A stretch of DNA of 62,612 nt, filler included, from Candidatus Rokuibacteriota bacterium (GCA_031406795.1; 4 parts of 4 records of this genome joined end to end with filler, not necessarily neighbours in it), one strand, 5' to 3'. Counted from the first letter of the whole stretch, positions 19,195-29,491 are shown. Numbers and translations: made by a program. The notes: generated from the letters alone by a model not told the origin.

Positions 19195-19381
19195 CCCGCG
19201 CACGCCACGAGTCCTGACAATTCCTGTGACCTGGGGGGGGGGTCCAGGGACCCATCAGTGCACCGAGGCCCGCCGCTGACCGCGGTCAGGGAGGAGATCC
19301 CGCAGCTTGCTCGCCTCGGCGACGGCGAACGGCCGCGATAGCTCGGGTACAGAGGGAATCATCGTGTGCTATAGTCTGGGC

Positions 19382-19678
19382 ATGGCTGCGTTCAGCGTGT
19401 CGCAGGAAGAAGTCGGTGATTTTTGTCGCAGGAACCACATCAAGAGGCTCGCCTTTTTCGGTTCCGTGCTGCGGGACGATTTCAGGCCTGACAGCGACCT
19501 CGATGTGATCGTTGAATTCGAGCCGGGGCACGTCCCCGGACTCCGCTATTTCGCCATGGAGCGGGAGCTGTCCGAGATCCTCGGCCGCAAGGTCGACCTG
19601 AACACTCCTGGAACCCTGAGCAAGTACTTCCGCGACCGGGTACTCGCCGAGGCCGAGCCGCAGTATGTCGCACCGTGA
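19382..19678 (+). CDS. Minimal nucleotidyltransferase (MntA-type antitoxin)
   Basis: [22 protein letters not shown]; overlaps the HEPN gene. Confidence 0.9.
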   Translation: MAAFSVSQEEVGDFCRRNHIKRLAFFGSVLRDDFRPDSDLDVIVEFEPGHVPGLRYFAMERELSEILGRKVDLNTPGTLSKYFRDRVLAEAEPQYVAP

Positions 19679-20012
19679 CCCCGGCGTTTCCCTTCGCCAC
19701 ATGCTCGACCATGCGCGGGAGGCGGTCGAGATGGCCCGGGGGAAATCCCGTGCCGACCTGGACACCGACCGGAAGCTCAATCTGTCGCTGGTAAGGCTCC
19801 TCGAGGTTGTCGGCGAAGCCGCCGGCAGGGTGCCGAAGCCTGAGCAGGACAGGTACCCGGCAATCCCATGGACGGAGATCATCAGCCTCCGGAACCGTCT
19901 CATACACGGATACGATCAGGTCGATTTCGACATCCTGTGGACGATCGTCACCGAGGATCTGCCACCGCTCATCGGCATTCTGGGAACGATCCTGCCCACC
20001 ACCGAGGTGTGA
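19665..20012 (+). CDS. HEPN/DUF86 (HepT-type) RNase toxin
   Basis: [16 protein letters not shown] (Rx4H). Confidence 0.9.
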   Translation: MSHRDPGVSLRHMLDHAREAVEMARGKSRADLDTDRKLNLSLVRLLEVVGEAAGRVPKPEQDRYPAIPWTEIISLRNRLIHGYDQVDFDILWTIVTEDLPPLIGILGTILPTTEV

Positions 20013-20029
20013 CCACGCCGCAACCCCGC

Positions 20030-20425
20030 GAAGATCCTCGCGGGCTTGATGTTCCCTTTCTCCCTTTCCCCACATCCCCAACGTCCCCGGATCCACCCTC
20101 AGGCGCTGGGTCATGGCCTCTTGGCTTAGCCCGAGGTACCTCCGAATCCAAGTCAGGCGCTCCCCGGGCGTCCAGTCCGGGTCATAGGGGCAGTAGCCGA
20201 GAAATCCGACGATCTTCGGCAGAAAAGGGAAGGCCGGGCGACACGATTTGCCTCCCAGAGGTATACGGAATCCTTCATAGCGCCGATCCTATCCGCAACC
20301 TCGCGCTGGAGTAAGCCTAGGTCAAGCCGCTTCTTTCGCAGATGGTCGCCAATGGTCTTCAGTTCCGTAGGATATCGAATTGGCAAGGATTTCTTTGCTT
20401 TCAGAGTGAAATGGCAAAAAGGCAG
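20030..20425 (-). pseudogene. Tandem XRE-HTH gene, frameshifted (junction B); boundaries approximate
   Basis: [32 protein letters not shown], then a frame change to PGERLTWIRRYLGLSQEAM..VDPGTL. Confidence 0.8.
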
Positions 20426-20433
20426 CGCGACGG

Positions 20434-20903
20434 TGCAAGTGTGGATTCCGAGGGGATCGCCTGCGCGCCTGCCGCTGCAGTCCGCACGACGTGGACGCGT
20501 ACCGTTCGCGGATTTCCGGACCGCTGCTCGACCGCATCGACCTGCACGTGGAGGTGCCGGCGCTGGCATAGGAAGAAATCGCATCGGCGCCATGGGAGAG
20601 GGGACATCTGCGGTAAGAGCGCGGGTCGAGAGCGCGCGGGCCGTGCAGCGCGAGCGCCTCAAGGGAGCGGCAATCTACTGCAACGCGCAGATGGGGGCGC
20701 GCGGAGTCCGGGAGCACTGCCGCCACGACGAAGGCGGCGCACGCTTGCTGGAAGGGGCGATGCGCGCGCTCGGGCTCTCGACGCGCGGTTATGCGCGGGT
20801 GCTGAAGGTGGCGCGGACGATCGCGGATCTGGCGGGTGAGCCAAAGATCGGCATCACCCACGTCGCCGAGTCGATACAGTACCGGATGCTCGATCGGCAG
20901 TAG
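20434..20903 (+). pseudogene. comM: comM/yifB 3' part (junction B) with nonsense and frameshift
   Basis: [29 protein letters not shown] at 20569, 1-bp shift, then KVARTIADL..IQYRMLDRQ. Confidence 0.9.
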
Positions 20904-20998
20904 CTTGAGAATTTCTTGAACCGACAGCAGCTGGCAGCTCTTGACCGATGACCAGTTTACGGACTATATTCGGACGTATCTCAAAGGGAGAGCAATCC

Positions 20999-21274
20999 AT
21001 GAAAATGTCCACTCAGATCAAGCCGATCAGCTACCTCAAGGCGCACGCAGCCGAAATCGTGAGGAATTTTGGCGAGCGGCAGGAGCACCTGGTCATTACC
21101 CAGAACGGCGAAGCCAAAGTTGTGCTGCAGGATATTCATAGCTTCGAGCAGGCACAGGAGACGATGGCGCTTCTGAAGATACTTGCCCTCGGGAACCGCC
21201 AGATTGAGGAGGGCAAGGTCGAGCCCGCCGCGGATGCGATCAGACGCCTACGGAAGCTGCGGGAAGCTCGCTGA
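20999..21274 (+). CDS. Phd/YefM family antitoxin
   Basis: IKPISYLKAHAAEI..VITQNGEAKVV. Confidence 0.9.
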   Translation: MKMSTQIKPISYLKAHAAEIVRNFGERQEHLVITQNGEAKVVLQDIHSFEQAQETMALLKILALGNRQIEEGKVEPAADAIRRLRKLREAR

Positions 21275-21600
21275 TGCAGTTCGCGGTCCTGATAACGCGT
21301 CACGCGGCGCGGGATCTCGACGAGCTGTACGACTACATCGCTCTGCACGATGCACCGGGGAAAGCCGAGCATGTCCTCACACGGATAGAGAAAGCCTTCG
21401 GCAGCTTGTCCGAGTCACCGCAACGCGGGGCCTATCCCCGAGAGCTGCTGGCATTGGGTATTCGGGAGTATCGCGAACTGTTCTTCAAGCCATATCGAAT
21501 CATCTACAGGGTCGTGGGCAGGAACGTCTCCCTTCTCCTGATCGCTGACGGCCGTCGCGATTTCCAGACGCACCTGCAGCGGCGATTGCTCGAGGGATAG
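21274..21600 (+). CDS. RelE/ParE family toxin
   Basis: AARDLDELYDYI..PQRG..YRIIYRV..DGRRD; TGATG coupling. Confidence 0.88.
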   Translation: MQFAVLITRHAARDLDELYDYIALHDAPGKAEHVLTRIEKAFGSLSESPQRGAYPRELLALGIREYRELFFKPYRIIYRVVGRNVSLLLIADGRRDFQTHLQRRLLEG

Positions 21601-21865
21601 GTGTCCCAGTGCGTCGCTTCGCCAGCGGCGCTGAGAAGATGCTTGACTGTCAATGCATTCGCGAATGAGCGGGTGGAATACTCCTTCACGGCGGCATCAG
21701 ATGATGCCTCGTAGGGCCGGAGAGGACGAATCTGACGTCCGGCAGTTCATCCAGGGGCGCTTCGATGCGCTCGAGCTTGTAGCGCTCTAGGTGGAGGGGG
21801 ATCTTCGGGATGATGTTGAAAGTCTGCGTCGAGAAGCGTCGATCATGCACCCGCGCTGTGCGGTC

Positions 21866-23158
21866 TCAATCGTTCCTCGGTGCGTGGGCGACAATCAGCT
21901 TGTCTATCCGGTTGCGGTCCATGTCGACGACCTCGAAGCGCAGCCCCGCAACCTCGAAGCGATCCGCCTCGGCAGGGATGCGCCCGAGGTGGTGCAGCAC
22001 GAAGCCGGCAAGCGTATGAAAGTCCCCTTCCTCTTCGCCGGGGAGCTGTTCGACCCCGACGAGGTCCCTGAAGCGGTCGAGGCTGATTTCTCCATCGACG
22101 AGCCATGATCCGTCACCCCGCGCGACGGCATCGGATGGCGCAGCAACTCCTTCCTCCGGGATTTCGCCAACGATTGCGGAAAGGATGTCGGTGAGGGTGA
22201 CAATCCCCTGGAGACTCCCATACTCGTCGACGACGAGGGCGAACTGCGTTCTCGCGCGTCGAAAGTGCTCCATGATCTGGGTCGTCGTGACGGACTCGGG
22301 CACGACGAGCGGCTGGCGCAGGAACTGCTCGATTGGCAGTGGCTGGCCCGTGAGACCAGGCTTGAGCAAGTCCGTCACGTGCACGACTCCGAGTACGGTC
22401 TCAAGCCCCCCACGGCAGACGATCACCCGGTGGTGCGGCGCTTCCGAGAGTTGCATACGGACCGCCGCCTCCCCGTCCTGGAGGTCTATGAAAAACAGGT
22501 CCTTGCGCGGCGTCATGATCGCTTCGATACGTTGCTCGTCGAGGCGCAGTACGTTCGCGACGAGTTCCTGCTCGCTCTCATGGAATACCCCAGCCTCGGC
22601 GCCTTGCTCCATGAGGACGTCGATTTCTTCGTCTGTGACGGACGATTCGGTGGCGTACCGCACGCGAAAGAGGCGCAGGACCAGGTCGCTGGAAGTCGAG
22701 AAGAGCCATGCCAGTGGGCGCGCGAGCGTCGCGAGGCCGTGCATCGGCGGCGCGACCACGAGCGCGAGTTCCTCGGGGCGCAGCAGACCAAGACGTTTCG
22801 GTACGAGTTCGCCGAGGACCACGGTGATGTAGGTCAACGCCACGACCACAACGGCGAGTGCGATTCCCTCAGCGTAGGGTGCGGCGGCCGGGATGCGCCC
22901 GATACGTTCCGCGAGCGGCCCGACAAATGCCGACTCCCCGACGACACCGCTGAGAATCCCAACGCTCGTGATGCCGACCTGGATGGTCGACAGAAACGTC
23001 GAGGGGGCCTTGTGGAGTGCGAGTGCCCTCCCGGCCCCATGGCGGCCCTCGTCGGAGAGTCGCTGTAGCCGTGCCGCTCGGGAGGACACTACGGCGATCT
23101 CCGACATCGAGAACAGCCCGTTGAGGATGATCAACCCAATCAGGATCGTAAATTCCAC
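21866..23158 (-). CDS. Hemolysin/CNNM (TlyC, CorC-HlyC) family CBS-domain transporter
   Basis: NGLFSMSEIA, GELVPK, IMTPR, VVDEYG, TLAGF. Confidence 0.92.
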   Translation of the reverse strand: MEFTILIGLIILNGLFSMSEIAVVSSRAARLQRLSDEGRHGAGRALALHKAPSTFLSTIQVGITSVGILSGVVGESAFVGPLAERIGRIPAAAPYAEGIALAVVVVALTYITVVLGELVPKRLGLLRPEELALVVAPPMHGLATLARPLAWLFSTSSDLVLRLFRVRYATESSVTDEEIDVLMEQGAEAGVFHESEQELVANVLRLDEQRIEAIMTPRKDLFFIDLQDGEAAVRMQLSEAPHHRVIVCRGGLETVLGVVHVTDLLKPGLTGQPLPIEQFLRQPLVVPESVTTTQIMEHFRRARTQFALVVDEYGSLQGIVTLTDILSAIVGEIPEEGVAAPSDAVARGDGSWLVDGEISLDRFRDLVGVEQLPGEEEGDFHTLAGFVLHHLGRIPAEADRFEVAGLRFEVVDMDRNRIDKLIVAHAPRND

Positions 23159-23246
23159 TCTTCTTCCTCTCGTGTCATGTCGACTCCGGCCTTGTATCGG
23201 CGGGGTTTGCTTCAGGATGGCGTTACGAAGTCGGATTCAAGTGATG

Positions 23247-23307
23247 ATTGTCGTTTCGTGCAGGTTTCTTGTCAATGGCGCGGGAATACACTGTCGCGGG
23301 AATACAC
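23247..23307 (-). promoter_or_regulatory. Sigma70-like promoter with upstream 13-bp direct repeat
   Basis: TTGACA (23275-23270), 17 bp, GACAAT; GTGTATTCCCGCG twice (23279-23291, 23295-23307). Confidence 0.55.
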
Positions 23308-23408
23308 GGGATAGCTTGAGCTTCCTGGGAGTTCGGAAGTCGACCTGCCACCTTTGAGAGTGACCGCCCGCGGCGGCTGAGGAACGGTGCAAATTCAGAG
23401 AGTCGCGC

Positions 23409-24398
23409 TCAACCGAGGAAGAATTGGGCAGTGAAAGCGACGATCAGCGTCCCCGAAAGGCAGATCCCGAGATAGAGCCAGAAGACCCGCGGACGGAAGA
23501 GCGACAGGAAGACCCCCATCGCCGGCAGCGCCGTCACGGGGCCACCGATGAGGAATGCCATCCCGGCGCTCCACGAGTCGTCCTGGCCGAGTCGCTCCAA
23601 CACATTGACCGGGCCGAACAGGATACCGGCGGCGGTGAACTGGTTCACGTGGAGGGGAACGGATGCCAGCGCAATGAGCACGGTCGTGTACCACTTGGTG
23701 CTGCTGAAAACCGCAGCGATCCAATCCGCGGGAATGTAGCGCGCAGCGAGCACCTCAATTACGAGTCCGACGAGGGTGTACTTGCCGACCGCCCAGAGCA
23801 GTTCAACCGCCTTCGCCCAGAAAACAACGAACTTGCTTGGGTACTTACGCCCAATCCGGTTCGACCAGCGGTCCGGGCAGTTGCAGGCGATCCGGTGGTC
23901 GCAGCCTGGGTCGTGGATGTCCCCCTCAGGTATCTTCCCTCGGAAGAGTTCCTCGACGGCGAAACCACGCCGTGCGACAAGATGAGTGACCAGGCCGGCC
24001 CACAATCCCATGAACACTGCCGCGACCAGCTTGGCGTTTGCCCACGTCGGCCCGAGCAGCCCAGCAGTGACCGCGTAACCTTCGATGCTCATCAACGGCG
24101 AAGCCACCAGCAGCGCCATCGCCGGCGCAAGCGGCACGCCGGAGGTGACCAGTGAGACCATGATCGGTAGCACGCCGCAGGCACACAGCGGGCTGATCAC
24201 TGCGATGCCGGTGGCCGCGAGAACTGCCCAGGAGCCGAAATTCGGCAGGCTTTTGCGCAAGCGCACATGAAACTTGAAAGTGCGGATAAAAGCGCCGATC
24301 AGCAAGCCGATGGCCAGGAAGGGTAGGATATGCAGAATCCAGTCCCAGAAGTCCTTGCCGAGGGCGGCAAGTTCGAGCGCCAGAGCCTGTTTGTCCAG
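23409..24398 (-). CDS. DUF318/ArsP-like permease; start uncertain
   Basis: SPLCACGVLP, ASPLM, central Cys/His loop, FLIGGP; frame open upstream of TTG 24305 until TGA at 24419-24417. Confidence 0.8.
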   Translation of the reverse strand: MDKQALALELAALGKDFWDWILHILPFLAIGLLIGAFIRTFKFHVRLRKSLPNFGSWAVLAATGIAVISPLCACGVLPIMVSLVTSGVPLAPAMALLVASPLMSIEGYAVTAGLLGPTWANAKLVAAVFMGLWAGLVTHLVARRGFAVEELFRGKIPEGDIHDPGCDHRIACNCPDRWSNRIGRKYPSKFVVFWAKAVELLWAVGKYTLVGLVIEVLAARYIPADWIAAVFSSTKWYTTVLIALASVPLHVNQFTAAGILFGPVNVLERLGQDDSWSAGMAFLIGGPVTALPAMGVFLSLFRPRVFWLYLGICLSGTLIVAFTAQFFLG

Positions 24399-24566
24399 GC
24401 AGTCAGAAGTACCGAGTCACCGTGAAGATGTTACGCGGCAGTCCACCGGTGTTCCGCGCCGGCTTGGCGGGTCTGGTTCAATCCAGTGGGTGAGCGACGG
24501 GTACATTCATGAAGTATACTGCTGTTTGGTATGAACATTGTACGAGATCTTATTGAGAGAGCCAGA

Positions 24567-24686
24567 ATGAAATCTGCTGCCTATGGCCTGCTTTTGGCCG
24601 TGGCGCTGTTGAGTGCCGATCTTTCAGCTGCCGCAGATATGGAGTCCAGTTCCTTAGTGTGGACGGGCACTGTCCACGTCAGGTAA
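24567..24686 (+). pseudogene. Short ORF, probable N-terminal remnant of a secreted beta-helix protein
   Basis: MKSAAYGLLLAVALLSADLSAAADMESSSLVWTGTVHVR*; VWTGTVHV resembles VWQGRVLV of 98-979. Confidence 0.4.
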
Positions 24687-24693
24687 GAATTCC

Positions 24694-25149
24694 ATGGCAA
24701 TTGACCAGATATCGAATTGTGCGGTGTATGCCGGCTTGTTTGCCGCGGCATTTCTCGCCGCCACGGTGGTGCCTGCCCAATCCGAGGCGATATTGACGGG
24801 GCTGGTGCTCCGGGGCGACCATGCCCTGTGGGCATTGATTGCGGTTGCGAGCCTCGGCAATGTGCTGGGTGCTACCGTGAATTGGGGATTGGGCCGAGGC
24901 TTCGAGCGTTTCCGTGACAAGAAATGGTTTCCGCTGAAGGGGCCCGCGCTCGATCGCACCAGAGGTTGGTACAGCCGCTACGGGCGCTGGTCGTTGCTGC
25001 TCAGCTGGGTACCGTTCATTGGCGATCCGTTGACCGTCGTTGCGGGTATCATGCGCGAAAGCCTTGCTGTATTTCTGGTGTTTGTCACGATCGGGAAGGT
25101 TGGCCGATACCTTGCTCTCGCCGTGACGGTCACGAATATCGCAGGATAG
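24694..25149 (+). CDS. YqaA/DedA (VTT) family membrane protein
   Basis: FLAATVVPAQSE, GNVLG, SWVPFIGDPLT, GKVGRY. Confidence 0.88.
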   Translation: MAIDQISNCAVYAGLFAAAFLAATVVPAQSEAILTGLVLRGDHALWALIAVASLGNVLGATVNWGLGRGFERFRDKKWFPLKGPALDRTRGWYSRYGRWSLLLSWVPFIGDPLTVVAGIMRESLAVFLVFVTIGKVGRYLALAVTVTNIAG

Positions 25150-25183
25150 CTTTCTGAAATGGTAGCGAAAAGGAGAGAACCGC

Positions 25184-26209
25184 ATGCTCGGGCATGACGA
25201 GCCACACGGCCACGAACATCACGACGATCGCACGGACCAACGTGAGCACCACGGTCACACGCACGGCACGGTCGACCCGTCGATGCTCTCGACGGAGCGG
25301 GGGATCTGGGCGGTGAAGTGGTCGTTCGCTGGGCTCTTCGCAACCGCGCTGTTCCAGGCCGTGATCGTCCTCTACACCGGGAGCATCGCGCTTCTCGCCG
25401 ACACGATCCACAATGTCGGCGACGCGGCCACCGCAATCCCCCTCTGGATCGCCTTCCGGCTGGCGCAGAGAAAGCCGAGTCAGAGATTCACCTATGGCTA
25501 CGGCCGTGTGGAAGACCTGGCGGGCGTTTCGATCGTGCTCATCATTCTGTTCTCCGCTGCTGTTGCCGCATACGAGTCCATCGATCGCTTCCTGCACCCG
25601 CAGCCGGTGACACATCTAGCCTGGGTGATCGCCGCGGCGGTGATCGGCTGTCTGGGCAACGAGGCGGTGGCGCAATTCCGCATCAAAATCGGAACTGAGA
25701 TCGGCAGCGCCGCTTTGGTTGCCGACGGCCATCATGCCCGGGTCGACGGTCTGACGAGCTTGGCCGTGCTTTTCGGCGCTGTCGGCGTGTGGCTCGGGTA
25801 TCCTTTGGCGGACCCCATCGTCGGCCTGAGCATCACGCTGGCGATCCTCCGGATCGTCTGGGATTCCGGCAAGTCAGTTTTCACCAGGCTGCTCGACGGT
25901 GTTGACCCGGATGTGGTCGACGAGATCAGGCACGCGGTGAACCATGCTCGAGGCGTGCGCAGCGTGTCGGAGGTGCGGGTACGGTGGTCTGGACACCGGA
26001 TGCAGGCAGTGCTCAATATCGCCGTGGAGCCGGAAATCACGGTCGCGGAGGGGCATACGATTGCCGCGGAAGTGCGCCATCAACTGCTGCACCACCTGCG
26101 GTATCTCGCCGATGCCACGATCCACATCGATCCGGCGAATGCCTCGGGGGAGAGTCATCACAGCATCAACGATCACGAGCATGACGATCTTCCCGCTCAT
26201 TCGCATTGA
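25184..26209 (+). CDS. Cation diffusion facilitator, His-rich termini
   Basis: ADTIHNVGD, FTYGYGRVE, ADGHHARVD, ADPIVG. Confidence 0.92.
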   Translation: MLGHDEPHGHEHHDDRTDQREHHGHTHGTVDPSMLSTERGIWAVKWSFAGLFATALFQAVIVLYTGSIALLADTIHNVGDAATAIPLWIAFRLAQRKPSQRFTYGYGRVEDLAGVSIVLIILFSAAVAAYESIDRFLHPQPVTHLAWVIAAAVIGCLGNEAVAQFRIKIGTEIGSAALVADGHHARVDGLTSLAVLFGAVGVWLGYPLADPIVGLSITLAILRIVWDSGKSVFTRLLDGVDPDVVDEIRHAVNHARGVRSVSEVRVRWSGHRMQAVLNIAVEPEITVAEGHTIAAEVRHQLLHHLRYLADATIHIDPANASGESHHSINDHEHDDLPAHSH

Positions 26210-26263
26210 GCGGGATCTGCCGTCCTGACCGCACGCTGTCGATCTGTCGCGGAGGTCCTGCGC

Positions 26264-27109
26264 TCAGGCTTTGGCTTTCAGGACCAGCACTGCGCAACCG
26301 GCGGTTCCGATGACTTTCTCTGTGGTGCTTCCCAGAAAAGCCTTGCTGAGTCCGCTTTTCCCATACGTTCCCATGACAATCAGGTCCACGCCCCGTCCTC
26401 GAGCGGCTTCCACGATGGCACTGAATGAGCGACCGGTCGGCGTTATTCCTTCAGCCGGCACCCCTTCCTCCTGTGCAATTACAGTGGCAAGTCGGACGAG
26501 AGCTTCCGCTTCTGCCCGCTCGCTTGCATTGCGCATGGCGGAGAGAAAAAGCAAAGAGCTGCCGCAGTGCTTGGCGATGGCGATGGCCTCGCGCAGGGCC
26601 ACGTCGCTGTGTTTCGATCCGTCAACGGCGACCAGGACATGCTTGTACTCGATCCGGGCAGCCTGGGGAACGATGAGGATCTTGCAGGTCGCCTTGCCGA
26701 TGACCTCTGCCGCAACCTCTCCGATGAATGCTTTTGCGATTCCTTTCCAACCCCGTCGGCCGATGACGATCATGTCGGCATTCCTCGCGACAGCCTCAGC
26801 GACAACTGCCGCAGCAGGGGAGGAATCGGCGTGCAGAACGGTTTCGCAGGGCACGCCTGCTTTATCAGACAGCTCCTTGATCCCCATCAAATGTGTCTGG
26901 GCCTCTGCAACCTGAGCGTCGTAGGCGGAACCGCCAACGGTCTCGTATTCCGGTTTCGACTTGAAGGCCATGACCGCGATGATCTTGCTCGAACAGGGTC
27001 CGGCGAGACGGATCGCCTCCCGGACTGCACCCTCGCTGTACTGAGTGCCATCCGTTGCCAGAATAATCGTTTTGGTCTTTGAGATCGGGCAAGAAGTCGA
27101 GCATGCCAT
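26264..27109 (-). CDS. Tandem universal stress protein
   Basis: Two USP domains: LATDG..IVIGRRG and VAVDGS..IVMGTYG..LGSTT. Confidence 0.9.
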   Translation of the reverse strand: MACSTSCPISKTKTIILATDGTQYSEGAVREAIRLAGPCSSKIIAVMAFKSKPEYETVGGSAYDAQVAEAQTHLMGIKELSDKAGVPCETVLHADSSPAAAVVAEAVARNADMIVIGRRGWKGIAKAFIGEVAAEVIGKATCKILIVPQAARIEYKHVLVAVDGSKHSDVALREAIAIAKHCGSSLLFLSAMRNASERAEAEALVRLATVIAQEEGVPAEGITPTGRSFSAIVEAARGRGVDLIVMGTYGKSGLSKAFLGSTTEKVIGTAGCAVLVLKAKA

Positions 27110-27263
27110 GGCTCCACCCTCCTCGTTTTTCATGCGTGGCCATTCCTTGCTCTCACGCGCGCTTGCTGCGGCTCATTGGGGCTACTCCCAAGTCAAGCCT
27201 ACCCCCGGCGCCCTTCGCCACGGATTCCATGTCGAAGAGCACCGGGCGGTATTCTTCTTGCTG

Positions 27264-27854
27264 TTACTTCATTCGGGCAAATTTCTCGTAAGACCCGCTC
27301 ACTTTAACGTTGATCGCCACGGCATTGGTGCCGCGGTTGCGCCAAAACCAGCCGTGCGTTCCGTCGAAAGGCGCGATAAAGGTCCCTTGATCATCGGTCT
27401 TCTTCGAGCCCTTCTTGTGACTGATGAACTCGTCGCCCGCATTGAACTTCTCCCCGTGCATGTCGAAGTTCACGGGACCACCTTCGGTCTTCCACTGGAA
27501 GACGAATTGCTCCCCCTTGCGCATAGTGGCTTTGATTTCTGCTCCCTCGCCCGGTTGAAGCGTTACGGACATTTCATCGCTACGGAGCGGGTTGTCGCGC
27601 TTGGCCAGGATTGCAGGTGCCGCCGGGGAAGAATAGGCAGGTTGGGTGGGGACGACGGGCGTGGTTGTCGCCTCCGCACTGGCGGATTTCATCTTCAGCA
27701 GGCCCAACGTGGATCCCACGCCGGTGGGGTCGATACCGAACTCGGCCGGCAGCACGACGGTGATCAATACCGCACTTGCGGCGACCATGGCGATGCCGGT
27801 GGCCTTGACCAACTGGCGTAGCGTCGGCGGCGGATGGATATGATGTTTCGTCAA
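27264..27854 (-). CDS. Membrane-anchored protein associated with HupE/UreJ
   Basis: TTG start after AAGGAG; VLPAEFGIDPTG, FDMHGE, FDGTHGWFWRN. Confidence 0.7.
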   Translation of the reverse strand: MTKHHIHPPPTLRQLVKATGIAMVAASAVLITVVLPAEFGIDPTGVGSTLGLLKMKSASAEATTTPVVPTQPAYSSPAAPAILAKRDNPLRSDEMSVTLQPGEGAEIKATMRKGEQFVFQWKTEGGPVNFDMHGEKFNAGDEFISHKKGSKKTDDQGTFIAPFDGTHGWFWRNRGTNAVAINVKVSGSYEKFARMK

Positions 27855-27868
27855 GTCTGTCTCCTTGG

Positions 27869-28597
27869 TCACTTGGTGAAATAACCGGTGAGTTGATAAC
27901 CTATCAGGATCATGCCGGAGGTCATCAAAACGACATTTGCCGCGAAAGCCTGACGGCCAAACGACGCGGCACGCCGCCAGAAGCCCATGGCGATCAGGAT
28001 GGCGCTCAGTGCGAGCAACTGTCCGATTTCGACCCCGACGTTGAACGCGAGTATGTTTGGGATCAACCCGTCCTTGGAAAGCGAGAATTCCTGAAGTTTC
28101 GTTGCCAAACCGAAGCCGTGGAAGAACCCGAACACGAGTACCGCGGCCTTGGTGTTCGGCTGGAAGCCGAGGACAAGCCGGAATGCGCCGAGGTTGTCGA
28201 GAGCCTTGTAGACGACGGAGAGCCCGATAATGGCGTCCACGAGATAGGCGTTGACGTGGGTGCCGCTGAGCACCCCATAGATCAAAGTGACACTGTGGCC
28301 GACGGCGAACAGAGTCACGTAAGCCCCGACATCCCGCATCCGATACAGGAAGAAAATCACCCCGAACAGGAAAAGGAGATGGTCGTAGCCGGTCACCATG
28401 TGCTTGGCGCCGAGATAGATGAACGGCAGGAGCCGCATTCCCGCATTTTGCACGATGAAGGATTTGTCGTCTTCCGCAACCCCGTGGGCGAAGGCATCCG
28501 ACGCCCCCATCAGGGTCAGAAGCAAAAGGACGACAAACCCCGGATAGCATTGGAACAAGTCGAGCCAGCGTGATCGCCGGCAAAGAAAATTCTGCAT
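27869..28597 (-). CDS. HupE/UreJ family Ni/Co transporter
   Basis: AFAHG, GAKHMVTGYDHLLF, GHSVTL, FHGFG, FNVGVEIGQ. Confidence 0.9.
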   Translation of the reverse strand: MQNFLCRRSRWLDLFQCYPGFVVLLLLTLMGASDAFAHGVAEDDKSFIVQNAGMRLLPFIYLGAKHMVTGYDHLLFLFGVIFFLYRMRDVGAYVTLFAVGHSVTLIYGVLSGTHVNAYLVDAIIGLSVVYKALDNLGAFRLVLGFQPNTKAAVLVFGFFHGFGLATKLQEFSLSKDGLIPNILAFNVGVEIGQLLALSAILIAMGFWRRAASFGRQAFAANVVLMTSGMILIGYQLTGYFTK

Positions 28598-28776
28598 TCC
28601 TGTCCTTTCTCATTTATGGATCAAACCGTCGACGTCGGACGGCAACGCGAATGCCCAGTTCATCATGAACCGCATTCGCGCTGAAGCGCCGCCCGGGGAT
28701 GGAGTGGTTCCCGGCGCGGAGACGGCGAGATGAGATGAATCGCAATGATTCACCCCAGACGCCGGCCGTCGTTCGA

Positions 28777-29163
28777 TCAGGCGATGTTCGGTGGGGGAGT
28801 CGGAGGTGTGAGAAAGACTTCGGGAAGGAATGTGGGGTGTTCGACCATTTCCTGCAGTGCGGGCCCCGGCGCTTCGGGAAGATTCACGGTAGATCCGCAC
28901 ATCGATGCATGGGAATGTGCCGGCGTGCAACACCCGTCGCCATGGCTGTCTGCGGAATCATCGCCATGGCCATGGTGATCGGCTGCGTCTTTGTCCATCC
29001 CCGACGAAGACGAACAGCCATTGCCGGAGAAGGCATATGGCTGCAGCACGTGACCGAGTTCTCCCGCAAGATGGGCGCCACGGGAAAACACGATTTCCGA
29101 AAAGAAAAACGTAACAAGCATGAGGAACGTGAACGAAACGTTACGGAAGGCGGAGGGACGCAT
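28777..29163 (-). CDS. His/Cys-rich putative metal-binding exported protein
   Basis: Hydrophobic N-terminus, DHHGHGDD..GCC..HSH, C-terminal PEVFLTPPTPP. Confidence 0.5.
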   Translation of the reverse strand: MRPSAFRNVSFTFLMLVTFFFSEIVFSRGAHLAGELGHVLQPYAFSGNGCSSSSGMDKDAADHHGHGDDSADSHGDGCCTPAHSHASMCGSTVNLPEAPGPALQEMVEHPTFLPEVFLTPPTPPPNIA

Positions 29164-29241
29164 GCGTCTTCAGTACGTTTCGGTCGTCATGTTGCGGCGA
29201 GGATATCTGATCGAAGTGCTCCTGTCTACCGTCACACCCGG

Positions 29242-29304
29242 TCAGGTCGCGTTCTTGTGTGTCTTTGGCACGCCGACAAGGAAGACCGGCACAGCCAGGA
29301 CAAC
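29242..29304 (-). pseudogene. 3'-end remnant of an MFS transporter paralog
   Basis: VVLAVPVFLVGVPKT matches IVLAVPVFLAGVPRT at the end of 31150-32352. Confidence 0.7.
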
Positions 29305-29491
29305 ATCCCTGCTTCGCTCATTCTCGTCTGGAAGAGCGGCGTTGCCAACAGGTCGTCGGCAGACTGAAGGACCGGGAGTTCGACATCGCGAAGCTCAGAC
29401 AAGGTCTTGATATAGGTCAAGGCCTCCCACGGAGGAAAGAAATATAATTTCATCATTGTCTCTGGGCACGGAGGACGGAGGGAGGCGGATC

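Noticed and set aside
21764-21780. 17-bp match to ftsK 18511-18527
   Set aside because: No extended similarity; likely chance in GC-rich DNA
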